A DNA stretch of 64,000 nucleotides from Malacoraja senta (Eukaryota). The stretch covers positions 310,001-374,000 of the forward strand of contig JAXLNO010000202.1 in assembly GCA_038087875.1 (NCBI GenBank), in the 5' to 3' direction. A program made the translations under genes and the position numbers. How positions within the stretch are numbered: the stretch's first letter is position 1; the number at the start of each line of letters is the position of its first letter. Below the pieces are notes generated by a model. That model was given only the letters and a program-made list of their open reading frames with translations. It had not been told where the DNA came from and ran no database searches. Positions 15,466-27,303 of the stretch are shown here, one piece after another.

Positions 15466-15681
15466 CAGTATGCGCTGTCTGTGCACCCACACACACAATG
15501 GGCATGTATGTGCCCACACATGCCTACACTGCCCTGTACACACACACACGGACACACATATGGACACGGGCTTCGCTCCCAGGGCGGGAGCAGCGATCAG
15601 CACAAAATCACAGCACGGACTGAGTAATAAAGGCGTTTGTTTGTTTCACTGACAAGGCGGTGGTGTAAATGTGTACAATAC

Positions 15682-15718
15682 CTCTCTGGCTCTGTCCTTC
15701 ATCCATGGTCTCCTCCAT
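15682..15718 (-). CDS. gpm6a: First coding exon of neuronal membrane glycoprotein M6-a (proteolipid DMbeta)
   Basis: Minus strand reads ATG GAG GAG ACC ATG GAT GAA GGA CAG AGC CAG AGA G|gtattg = MEETMDEGQSQR(G). This matches the human GPM6A N-terminus MEENMEEGQTQK-G as I recall it, with a 37-nt coding exon and phase-1 GT donor. It sits in CpG-rich unique sequence. I could not find exon 2 (GCFECC...) in 1-15680. Confidence 0.85.
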
Positions 15719-16260
15719 CGCTCACTCGCTGTCCCACAGCCGCCGCTGCAACGATACACACAAAAGCTTCACACACAAGCACCGGGGAGAGAGGGGCTGG
15801 TGGCGTGGACAGATCCCGGCGTGGACAGATCCCGGCGTGGACAGATCCCGGCGTGGACAGATCCCGGCGTGGACAGATCCCGGCGTGGCGCTCGCTCGCT
15901 GTCTCTCTCTCTGTCTCTCTCTGCCTCTCTCCGTCTCTCCCTCTCCCTCTCTGTCTCTGTCTCAGTCTCTCTCTGTCTCTGTCCTCGCGTCCGCCTGCAG
16001 ATTGCTTGTCAGGTCCAATTTCATTCACGCTCCCTCTCAGCGCTGACCATTGTCTCGGCTGCAGAGCATCAATGGAACTGCGTGGGTTCAGCGACCAGAG
16101 AAACTCGACAACCTCCTGCACGGAGCAAAGAGACAGTGATGGCAACGCGCGGGGGCTGTGCGCAATGTGGACGCCGGGGGCTGCGATACAAACACCCGTA
16201 CGGGAGTGGAGGGGGGGAGGGGCGGGGAGGGGAGGGAGAGGAGGGGAGGGAGGGGGAGAG
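15719..16260 (-). promoter_or_regulatory. Putative gpm6a 5'UTR/proximal promoter (CpG-rich)
   Basis: High CpG density, a GA/TC-rich tract (15891-15985), a GC box GGGGCGGGG near 16219-16227, and a possible acceptor ttttgtgtgtatcgttgcag 27 nt upstream of the ATG. A CR1 tail bounds it at 16261. Confidence 0.55.
15802..15888 (+). repeat. 16-bp VNTR, 5 perfect copies plus a partial copy
   Basis: ggcgtggacagatccc, 84-170 nt upstream of the gpm6a ATG. Confidence 0.95.
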
Positions 16261-16866
16261 AAACATAGAAAAATAGGTGCAGGAGTAGACCATTCGGCCC
16301 TACGAGCCAGCATCGCCATTCAATATGATCACGGCTGATCATCCACAATCAGTACCCCTTTCCTGCTTTCTCCCCATATCCCCTGACTCCGTTACCCCTA
16401 AGAGTTAAATCCAACTCTCTCTTGAAAACATCCAGTGAATTGGCCTCCACTGCCTTGTGTGGCAGAGAATTCCACAGATTCACAACTCTCTGGGTGAAAA
16501 CGTTTTTCCTCATCTCAGTCCTAAATGGCTGACAGTTATTCTTAAACTATGACCCCTGGTTCCGGACTCCCCCAACATCAGGAACATTTTTCTGCATCTA
16601 GCCTGTCCAATCCTTTAAGAATTGTATATGTTTCCATAAGATCTCCTCTCATCCTTCTAAATTCCAGTGAATACAAGCCCAGTCGACCCATTCTTTCATC
16701 ATATGTCAGTCCCGCCATCCCAGGGATTAACCTGGTGAACCTACGCTGCACTCCCTCAATAGCAATAATGTCCTTACTCAAATTAGGAGACCAAAATTGC
16801 TCACAATATTCCAGCTGCGGTCTCACCAGGGCCCTGTACAACTGCAGTAGGACCTCCTTGCTCCTA
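16261..16866 (-). mobile_element. CR1 3' fragment cut by Tc1 insertion
   Basis: ORF 16578-16904 LYRALVRPQLEYC; tail at 16261. Confidence 0.85.
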
Positions 16867-18724
16867 CAGTAACCTCCATAATGTTTGGGACAAAGACCCA
16901 TCATTTATTTATTTGCCTTGGTACCCCACAATTTGAGATTTGTAATAGAAAAAATCACATGTGGTTAAAGTGCACATCGTCAGATTTTAATAACGGCCAT
17001 TTTTTGCACATTTTGGTTTCACCATGTAGAAATTACAGCTGTGTTTATACATAGTCCCCCCATTTCAGGGCACCATAATGTTTGGATCACTGCAATGTCA
17101 TTTAATGAAAGTAGTCATGTTTAGTATTTTGTTGCATATCCTTTGCATTCAATGACTGCTTGAAGTCTGTGATTCATGGACATCACCAGTTGCTTGCTGG
17201 GTGTCTTCTCTGGTGATGCTCTGCCAGGCCTGTATTGCAGCCATCTTTAGCTTATGCATGTTTGGGGGGCTAGTCCCCTTCAGTTTTCTCTTCAGCATAT
17301 AAAAGGCATGCTCAATTAGGTTCAGATCGGGTGATTGACTTGGCCACTCAAGAATTGACCATTTTTCCATTTAGACCGGAGACGAGGAAACACTTTTTCT
17401 CACAGAGAGTGGTGAGTCCGTGGAATTCTCTGCCTCAGATGGTGGTGGAGGCAGGTTCTCTGGATGCTTTCAAGTGAGAGCTAGATAGGGCTCTTAAAAA
17501 TAGGGGTGTCAGGGGATATGGGGAGAAGGCAGGAATGGGGTACTGATTGGGGATGATCAGCCATGATCACATTGAATGGCGGTGCTGGCTCGAAGGGCCA
17601 AATGGCCTACTGCTGCACCTATTGTCTATTGTCTATTGTCTATTGTCTATTTTCAGCTTTGAAAAACTCCTTTGTTGCTTTAGCAGTATGTTTGGGATCC
17701 TGGTCTTGCTGTAGAATGAACCGCCGGCCAATGAGTTTTGAGGCATTTGTTTGAACTTGAGCAGATAGGATGTGTCTTCTTCTTCTTGTGTATGGCGTGC
17801 ACAGCCTAAAGTTGTAGGACAACTTGTTCTATTTGATCTTATTTGATTGCACAATCAAATAAGGATGTGTCTATACACTTCAGAATTCATTATGCTACTA
17901 CCATCAGCAGTGGTATCATCAATGAAGATAAGTGAGCCAGTACCTTCAGCAGCCATACATGCCCAGGCCATAACACCCCCACCATCGTGTTTACAGATGA
18001 GGTGGTATGCTTTGGATCTTGGGCAGTTCCTTCTCTGCTCCATACTTTGCTCTTGCCATCATTCTGATATAAGTTAATCTTCATCTCATCTGTCCACAAG
18101 ACCTTTTTCCAGAACTGTGGTTGCTCTTTTAAGTACTTCTTGGCAAACTGTAACTTGGCCATCCTATTTTTGCAGCTAACCAGTGGTTTGCATCTTGCAG
18201 TGTAGCCTCTGTATTTCTGTTCATGAAGTCTTCTGCAGACAGTGGTCATTGAAAATTCCACACCTGACTCCTGAAGAGTGTTTCTGATCTGACGGACAGG
18301 TGTTTGGGGATTTTTCTTTAATATAGAGAGAATTCTTCTGTCATCAGCTGTGGAGGTCTACCTTGGCCTGCCAGTCCCTTTGCGATTAATAAGCTCACCA
18401 GTGCTTTCTTTCTTCTTAATGATGATCCAAACTGTTGATTTTGGTAAACCTAAGTTTTATTCTTGTTTCTCAGCCTCATAATGGCTGCTTTAACTTTCAT
18501 TGGCACAACTTTGGTCCTCATGTTGATAAACAGCAATAAAAGTTTCCAAAGGTGATGGAAAGACTCTTACACCTGCATTAAGGAGGCAATTGAACACACC
18601 TGAGCATTTGCAAACACCTGTGAAGCCATGTGTCCCAAACATTATGGTGCCCTGAAATGGAGGGACTATGTATAAACACAGCTATAATTTCTACAAGGGG
18701 AAAGCAAAATATATAAAAATGGCC
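16867..18724 (-). mobile_element. Tc1-family DNA transposon (IR/DR type), defective
   Basis: TA|CAGT terminus at 16865-16870, internal DR ccataatgtttgg twice, and an inverted counterpart at ~18630-18724. Transposase fragments VLWTDE, GGGVMAWACM, ILQQDQDPKH and WPSQSPDLNLIE. Confidence 0.9.
17778..17861 (-). mobile_element. 5'-truncated copy of the HDV-ribozyme short retroelement, inserted in the Tc1 transposase
   Basis: Same 3' half and (AAG)n tail. Perfect 11-bp TSD aggatgtgtct (17767-17777, 17862-17872). The ribozyme is missing and replaced by a short fold-back (tatttgattg/cacaatcaaata). Confidence 0.8.
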
Positions 18725-18821
18725 TTTGAGAAGTTTAGTATATTCTGTAAAGATTCTGTACTCTTTAGTATATTTAGTAAAGATTCTGTACTCTTAAAAT
18801 TTCACCTTTAAATTGGAGGAC

Positions 18822-20995
18822 ATTTAAAGGTGAAATTTTAAGAGTACAGAATCTTTATGTACCTGTTCGGTTGAAAGGAAATAGTAAAAATTGGAAAGAG
18901 CCATGGTTTTCAAGGGAAATTGGACACTTGGTTCGGAAAAAGAGAGAGATCTACAATAATTATAGGCAGCATGGAGTAAATGAGGTGCTTGAGGAATATA
19001 AAGAATGTAAAAAGAATATTAAGAAAGAAATTAGAAAAGCTAAAAGAAGATATGAGGTTGCTTTGGCAAGTAAGGTGAAAGTAAATCCAAAGGGTTTCTA
19101 CAGCTATATTAATAGCAAAAGGATAACAAGGAATAAAATTGGTCCATTAGAGAGTCAGAGTGGACAGCTATCTGCAGAGCCAAAAGAGATGGGGGAGATA
19201 CTGAACAATTTCTTTTCTTCGGTATTCACCAAGGAGAAGGATATGGAATTATGTGAGGTAAGGGAAACAAGCAGAGTAGCAATGGAAACTATGAGATTCA
19301 AAGAAGAGGAGGTGCGGACACTTTTGAAAAAGATGAAAACGGATAAGTCTCCAGGTCCTGACAGGATATTCCCGAGGACATTGAGGGAAGTTAGTGTAGA
19401 AATAGCAGGGGCTATGACAGAAATATTTCAAATGTCATTAGAAACGGGAATAGTGCCGGAGGATTGGCGTACTGCGCATGTTGTTCCGTTGTTTAAAAAG
19501 GGTTCCAAGAGTAAACCTAGCAATTATAGACCTGTTAGTTTGACGTCAGTGGTGGGCAAATTAATGGAAAGGATACTTAAAGATAATATATATAAGCATC
19601 TGGATAAGCAGGGTCTGATTAGGAACAGTCAACATGGATTTGTGCCTGGAAGGTCATGTTTGACTAATCTTCTAGAATTTTTCGAAGAGGTTACTAGGGA
19701 AATTGATGAGGGTAAAGCAGTGGATGTTGTCTATATGGACTTCAGTAAGGCCTTTGACAAGGTTCCTCATGGAAGGTTGGTTAAGAAGATTCAATTGTTG
19801 GGTATTAATGGTGGAGTAGCAAGATGGATTCAACAGTGGCTGAATGGGAGATGCCAGAGAGTAATGGTGGATGGCTGTTTGTCAGGTTGGAGGCCGGTGA
19901 CTAGTGGGGTGCCTCAGGGGTCTGTGTTGGGTCCACTGTTGTTTGTCATGTACATCAATGATCTGGATGATGGTGTGGAAAATTGGATTAGTAAGTATGC
20001 AGATGATACTAAGATAGGTGGTGTGGTGGATAATGAAGTAGATTTTCAAAGTCTACAGAGAGATTTAGGCCATTTGGAAGAGTGGGCTGAAAGATGGCAG
20101 ATGGAGTTTAATGCTGATAAATGTGAGATACTACATCTCGGCAGGACAAATCAAAATAGGACGTACATGGTAAATGGTAGAGAATTGAGGAATGCAGTTG
20201 AACAGAGGGATCTAGGAATAACTGTGCATAGTTCCCTGAAGGTGGAATCTCATGTAGATAGGGTGGTAAAGAAAGCTTTTGGGGTGCTGGCCTTTATAAA
20301 TCAGAGCATTGAATATAGAAGTTGGGTTGTAATGTTAAATTTGTACAAGGCATTGGTGAGGCCAATTCTGGAGTATGGAGTACAATTTTGGTCGCCTAAT
20401 TATAGGAAGGATGTCAACAAAATAGAGAGAGTACAGAGGAGATTTACTGGAATGTTGCCTGGGTTTCAGCAACTAAGTTACAGAGAAAGGTTGAACAAGT
20501 TAGGTCTTTATTCTTTGGAGCGCAGAAGGTTAAGAGGGGACTTGATAGAGGTCTTTAAAATGATGAGCGGGTTAGACAGAGTTGACGTGGATAAGCTTTT
20601 TCCATTGAGAGTAGGGAAGATTCAAACAAGGGGACATGACTTGAGAATTAAGGGACAGAAGTTTAGGGGTAACATTAGGGGGAACTTCTTTACTCAGAGA
20701 GTGGTAGCTGTGTGGACTGAGCTTCCAGTGGAAGTGGTGGAGGCTGGTTCGATTTTATCCTTTAAAAATAGATTGGATGGGTATATGGACGGGAAAGGAA
20801 TGGAATATGGTCTGAGTGCAGGTAGATGGGACTAGGGGGAAGTATTTATTTTAAAAAAAAAATAATAATTAAAAAAAAAAAATTTTTTTTAATAAAAAAA
20901 TAAAAATAAAAAAATGTTCGGCACGGACTTGAAGGGCCGAGATGGCCTGTTTCCGTGCTGTAATGGTTATATGGTTATATGGTTATATGGTTATA
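18822..20995 (+). mobile_element. CR1-clade LINE, 5'-truncated, with a stop-free 654-codon RT ORF (18871-20835)
   Basis: [25 protein letters not shown] and YADD motifs; (TGGTTATA)n tail; no endonuclease domain. Confidence 0.95.
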
Positions 20996-21445
20996 TTGTC
21001 ACGTGCACTGAGGTACAGTGACGCTTTTGTTGCGTGCTAACCAGTCAGGGGAAAGACAATACATGATTACAATCGAGCCATTCACAGTGTACAGATACAT
21101 GATAAGGGAATAACGTTTAGTGCAAGGTAAAACCAGTAAAGACTGATCAAAGATAGTCCGAGGGTCACCAATGAGGTAGATAGTAGTTCAGGACTGCTCT
21201 CTGGATGTGGTAGGATGATTCAGTTGCCTGATAACAACTGGGAAGAAACTGTCCCTGAATCTGGAGGTGTGCGTTTGTTTTCACACTTCTGTAACTCTTG
21301 CCCGATGGGAGAGGGGAGAAGAGGGAGTGGCCGGGGTGCGACTGGTCCTTGATTATTCTGCTGGCCTTGCCGAGGCAGCGTGAGGTGTAGATGGAGTCAA
21401 TGGAAGGGAGGTTGGTTTGTGTGATGGTCTGGGCTGTGTCCACAA
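20996..21445 (-). mobile_element. Rex1-type 3' end (related copies at ~190-370, 47352-47650, 63010-63545)
   Basis: AQTIT..NLPSIDSIYTSRCLGKAS.IIKD.SHPGH.LF.PLPSG plus a shared 3'UTR ending in (aactg/aacta)n. Confidence 0.75.
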
Positions 21446-22860
21446 TTCACATATTAATTGAACAGAGCAGGGCTGGCTGGGCAGGGAAGTAACTGCACTG
21501 CCAGGTGTAGCAACGGGAGGAATGTCTGTGCATCACCGTCTGTGGCAAATGTTGGTTGGTTGAGCTGCTGAGCTACAGTCTGAGCTTCAGGCATTGTGGT
21601 GGTAAGTACATGGACGCAGTGTTTCAGGCATCAGTTACACCCATTGTGTCACCTATCCATGTTCTCCACAGATGCTGCCTGACCCGCTGAGTTACTCCAG
21701 CACTCTGTGAAACGTCACCTATCCATGTTCCGGCAGCATCTATAGAGCGAAGGAAATAGGCAACGTTTCGGCCCGAAACCCTTCCGGGTTTCGGCCCAAA
21801 ATGTTGCCTATTTCCTCCAGGGTTTCGGCCCGAAAGGTTGCCCATTTCCTTCGCTCCACAGATGCTGCCTGACCCGCTGAGTTACTCCAGCACTCTGTGA
21901 AACGTCACCTATCCATGTTCTCCACAGATGCTGCCTGACCCGCTGAGTTACTCCAGCACTCTGTGAAACGTCACCTATCCATGTTCTCCACAGATGCTGC
22001 CTGACCCACCCGCTGAGTTACTCCAGCACTCTGTGAAACGTCACCTATCCATGTTCTCCACAGATGCTGCCTGACCCACCCGCTGAGTTACTCCAGCACT
22101 CTGTGTTAACATTACATTGAGCTGTGGTCTGCCTGTGACCACAACTGTGCCCCGGTCACTGGGATCAAAGGGTTAACTTGAAGCGGGCGGAGATTGGTGT
22201 CCTGACAATTCACATGATTCACGTTATAGACAGGCCTTTAATCTAATTAGTGAGGGAGGCTTAAAGTGACAGAAGCTTCATAAATGTAAGTGTTGGGTTT
22301 AGCTGGCTCGTTGCAGTAAAGAAAATCAGCGCGTCGGGACCAGGAGAGAAGGTGACACAAAGTACTTGGCACGAGCTGAACCTGAAGTAACACAGGGCAG
22401 AAATCAAAGCCTGCGGCTCTTTACAAAGCTGCCAGCACTCTGATAACAAGGCAGATGAGATGGCAGCTCAGATAGAACTAAATGAGATTGGGTTTTATAG
22501 GTATTACGGAGATTAGCTGCAGGGAGAGCAGATGTGGAAACTCTCCAGCGCAGGTTGTGTGTTGTTGTGGAGCTACTGGTGAAGTAGTTGAGGCAGGAAC
22601 TAGAACAAGTGTATGTCTGTCTGTGTGCCTGTGTGAGTGTGTGCATGTGCGTGTGCGTGCGTGTGTGTGCGTGCGTGTGTGTGCATGGGTGTGTGTGCAT
22701 GGGTGTGTGTGTATGTGTGTGCGTGCGTGCATGTGTGTGTGCGTATGTGTGTGTGCATGTGTGTATGTCTGTGTGTGTGTGTGTGTGCGTGCGTGTACGT
22801 GTGTGTGCATGGGTGTGTGTATGTGTGTACGTGTGTGTGTGCGTACCTGTGTGTGCGTGC

Positions 22861-22901
<41 letters not shown>

Positions 22902-23108
22902 CGTGCATGTGTGTGTGCGTATGTGTGTGTGTACGTGTGTGTGTGTGTACGTGTGTGTGTACATGTGTGTGTACGTGTGTGTGTGTGTGTACCTGCGTGT
23001 GCGTGCGTGCATGTGTGTGTGCGTATGTGTGTGTGTACGTGTGTGTGTGTGTGTGTGCATGTGTGCGTGCATGTGTGTGTGCGTATGTGTGTGTGTACGT
23101 GTGTGTGT

Positions 23109-23962
23109 AATAATAATAATAATAATAATAAGTTTATTTATATAGAACATTTTCCAATTGGTTTAAATCAAAAGCCAAAGTGCTTTACAGTTAACTAACC
23201 AAACAAATAATAAAAAGAGATAGAAAAAATGACAACACACTATAGGAGATTTTACACAAACACGAACATCCCCCCACAGTAGAATCTACACTCTCCACTG
23301 TGAGGGAAGGCACTAAAATGTCCAGTCCTACTCCTCCTCCTAGTCCACCCGAGGTCGGGGCCAGTCTGAGGCCACTGCAGCCAGTTGCCGCAACGGCAGC
23401 CCGATGTTGTTTGCCCACCCGCATCGGGTGGAAAAGTCCTCAGCAGCTTGGAAATGTCTGGAGCGGCCGCTCCTTCCCCGGAGACTGCGACGCTCGCGGA
23501 CTTCAGGCCGCGCCGGTTGGAGCTTCGACTCCGCGGTGTTTTTGATCCAGCGCCGCCCGCCCGTGGCGGGAGGCCCTCAAACCGCAGACCGCAGACCACG
23601 GCTGCTCGATGTTGGTGGTCGGCGGTCACAGCACTCCGGAGCGGCGACCCGACAAGGCATCGCCCGCTCCCCGTTGGTGTCCCAGCGCTGCGCCGCCGAA
23701 GCTGTGGTCCCCGGCAGGAAACGCCGCTCCAGCCCGATGGAAGGCCGCATGGGGAGACCGGAGACACGATTCGGAGGAAAACCGCATCTCCGACCAGGTA
23801 GGACTGGGGTTAAAACAGTCCCCCCCCCCCACACATAGAAAGAATAGACTCCAAATAATAAAAAAATAAAAAATATTCAAACAATAAAAGAGTTAGACGA
23901 CAGACTGCAGGCAGGCTGCCATACAAACGGCGCCCACTCCTGCACATCCGCCATCTTGAAAA
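23109..23962 (-). mobile_element. Non-coding GC-rich LINE-like element in a (GT)n tract
   Basis: Starts CAAGATGGCGG and ends aataaac(tta)n. Shares the 3' tgccttcc.tcacagtg motif with 8200-8895, 28720-29650, 47790-48300 and 58300-60005. Confidence 0.55.
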
Positions 23963-24479
23963 GTGTGTGTGTGTGTGTGCGATTGACGTTTACACTCGTT
24001 TCACTTCACAGTGACCGTTCTTGTGGAACTATGAGTAGAGATTTAACGAAGAGCCATGAGGCCTGACTGATGCTTGTTGCTCGATTCCTCCCATCCCGTC
24101 CCATCCCATCCCTCCCTCCCTCCCTCCGCTCCACATTCTCTCCCCACTCATACATTTCCCCATTCCCCATACATTTCTGCTTCAACCACTCCCTCTGCGA
24201 GAACGGTTGACATTCAGACGCTGTTTTCATGAAGACACTCGACTTATTCTATTTCACATTGAGATTTCTAATTCCATTGATGGCACAAATAGGGTAGGCA
24301 GTCAGAAACATTGTCAATGCTAAAGACTAGAGGCCATAGTTTAAGGGGAGAGGGACAAGTGTAATGGTGATGTGTGGGGCAAGTGTTTTTACACGGAGGG
24401 TGGTGGGTGCCTGGAACGCGCTGCCAGGGGTGGTGGTGGAGGCAGATACAATAGTGGTGTTTAAGAGGCTTTTGGATAG

Positions 24480-25965
24480 ATACATAGATACATAGAAAAT
24501 AGGTGCAGGAGTAGGCCATTCGGCCCTTCGAGCCTGCACCGCCATTCAATACGATCATGGCTGATCATCCAACTCAGTATCCCGTACCTGCCTTCTCTCC
24601 ATACCCCCTGACCCCTTTAGCCACAAGGGCCACATCTAATTCCCTCTTAAATATAGCCAATGAACTGGCCTCAACTACCCTCTGTGGCAGAGAGTTCCAG
24701 AGATTCACCACTCTCTGTGTGAAAAAGTTTTTCCTCATCTCGGTCTTAAAGGATTTCCCCCTTATCCTTAAGCTGTGACCCCTTGTCCTGGACTTCCCCA
24801 ACATCGGGAACAATCTTCCTGCATCTAGCCTGTCCAACCCCATAAGAATTTTGTACGTTTCTATAAGATCCCCTCTCAATCTCCTAAATTCTAGCGAGTA
24901 TAAGCCAAGTCTATCCAGTCTTTCTTCATATGAAAGTCCTGACATCCCAGGAATCAGTCTGGTGAACCTTCTCTGCACTCCCTCTATGGCTATAATGTCC
25001 TTCCTCAGATTTGGAGACCAAAACTGTACGCAATACTCCAGGTGTGGTCTCACCAAGACCCTGCACAACTGCAGTAGAACCTCCCTGCTCCTATACTCAA
25101 ATCCTCTTGCTATGAAGGCCAACATACCATTCGCTTTCTTCACTGCCTGCTGCACCTGCATGCCTACTTTCAATGACTGGTGTACCATGACACCCAGGTC
25201 TCGCTGCATCTCCCCATTTCCTAATCGGCCACCATTTAGATAATAGTCTGCCTTCCCGTTTTTGCTACCAAAGTGGATAACCTCACATTTATCCACATTA
25301 TACTGCATCTGCCAAACATTTGCCCACTCACCCAACCTATCCAAGTCACCTTGCAGTCTCCTAGCATCCTCCTCACAGCTAACACTGCCCCCCAGCTTAG
25401 TGTCATCCGCAAACTTGGAGATGTTGCTTTCAATTCCCTCGTCCAGATCATTAATATAAATTGTAAATAGCTGGGGTCCCAGCACTGAGCCTTGCGGTAC
25501 CCCACTAGTCACTGGCTGCCATTGTGAAAAGGACCCGTTTACTCCTACTCTTTGCTTCCTGTTTGCCAGCCAGTTCTCTATCCACATCAATACTGAACCC
25601 CCAATACCGTGTGATTTAAGTTTGTATCCTAATCTCTTATGTGGTACCTTGTCGAAAGCCTTCTGAAAGTCCAGATACAACACATCCACTGGTTCTCCCC
25701 TATCCACTCTACTAGTTACATCCTTGAAAAATTCTATAAGATTCGTCAGACATGATTTACCTTTCGTAAATCCATGCTGACTTTGTCCAATGATTTCACC
25801 ACTTTCCAAATGTGCTGCTATCCCATCTTTAATAACTGACTCTAGCAGTTTCCCCACTACCGATGTTAGACTAACTGGTCTGTAATTCCCCGTTTTCTCT
25901 CTCCCTCCCTTCTTAAAAAGTGGGGTTACGTTTGCTACCCTCCAATCCTCAGGAACTACTCCAGA
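24480..25965 (-). mobile_element. CR1 RT, young subfamily, 5'-truncated
   Basis: Stop-free ORF 24574-26007 with FADD; (TTCTATGT)-type tail. Confidence 0.95.
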
Positions 25966-26129
25966 ATAGGCACATGGATATGCTGGGAATGGAGGGATAT
26001 GGATCACGTGCAGGCAGATAAAATCAGTTTAACGGCATCATGTTTGACACAGACAATGTGGGCCGAAGGGCCTGTTCCTGTGCTGTACTGTTCTATGTTG
26101 CTGAACAAGGCCGTGATGAAAACAAGATG

Positions 26130-26745
26130 CTTTCTACTGTAAAGTCAATATGCTCTCTACACCTGTAGAAGTTCAAAAGAATCTTCTCTGACATACCGAC
26201 TCTCCGTAATCTTCTCAGGAAGTCGAGGCGCTGATGTGCTCTCTTTATAATTGCATCAGTGTGCTCTGTCCAGGAAAGATCTTCAGAAATGTGCACGCCC
26301 AGGAATTTGCAGTTTTTGACTCTCTCCACCATCGTCCCATTGATATAAACAGGATTGTGGGTCCTCAACCTTCCTCTTCCAAAGTCCACAATCAGTTGCT
26401 TGGTTTTGCTGATAATGAGAGCCAGGTTGTTGTGCTGGCACCATTTGGTCAATCGGTCAATCTCACTTCTATACTCTGACTCATCACCATCAGTGATATG
26501 TCCCACAACGGTGGTGTTGCCGGCGAACTTGATGATGGAGTTCGCACTATGTCCGGTTACACAGTCATGATTATAGAGTGAGTACAGCAGGGGGCTGAGC
26601 ACGCAGCCTTGAGGTGCTCCCGTGCTGATTGTTAATGAGGATGTATTTTTGCCAATTCGAACAGACTGTGGTCTGTGGATGAGGAAGTCGAGGATCCTAT
26701 CGCGGAGGGATGCGCAGAGACCCAGTTCCGTGAGCTTGGTAACCA
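26130..26745 (-). mobile_element. Rex1-type RT fragment
   Basis: [11 protein letters not shown]...IIKFA..TTVVG.I..GDESEYR. Confidence 0.85.
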
Positions 26746-27303
26746 GCTTTTTTTAATCAAGAAATGTATTCAATTATTTACAATAATATTTGCAATACAA
26801 TAAAACAAAACAGAAGCCACCTCCATAATGTGCAACAAACAAATATACTAAATAAACTATAATACAACTATGTTACAATCCTTGTCCAGGATTCATTCAA
26901 CCCCCCACAGTGCCCAGCGGTCCCGGAAATCCCCCAGGGTGCCTGTGGACAGCGCGGAAGGTAGGAGTTGAGGTAGGAGTTGATATGTCATGTCCAACCT
27001 CTCAAAGCACTTCATCACCACAGGTGCCGCACGTTAGGCTGCTAAGGAAGATGAAAGCTCATGGTACCAAAGGGCAGATACTAGCGTGGATAGCAGGTTG
27101 GCTGGATGGCAGAAGGCAAAGAGTGGCAATAAAGGGGGCTTTCTCTGGTTGGCTGCCAGTGACTAGCGGAGTTCCGCAGGGCTCGGTGCTGGGGCCGCTA
27201 CTCTTCACGTTGTATATTAATGATTTGGACGAGGGGATTGAAGGCTTTGTGGCCATGTTTATCAATGATACAAAAATAGGTGGATGGGCAGGTAGTGTAG
27301 AGA

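Noticed and set aside
12329..15652. Long ORFs (HT/CV-rich, PQCP-rich, GEMG-rich)
   Set aside because: Translations of simple repeats, open in several frames on both strands; the same applies to ORFs at 1519-2488, 22404-23198, 46349-47194 and 53685-54266.
16038..16060. REST/RE1 site
   Set aside because: Only one half-site is similar; too many mismatches.
18871..20835. Domesticated or autonomous RT gene
   Set aside because: No ATG start or endonuclease domain; ordinary 5'-truncated CR1 with its tail.
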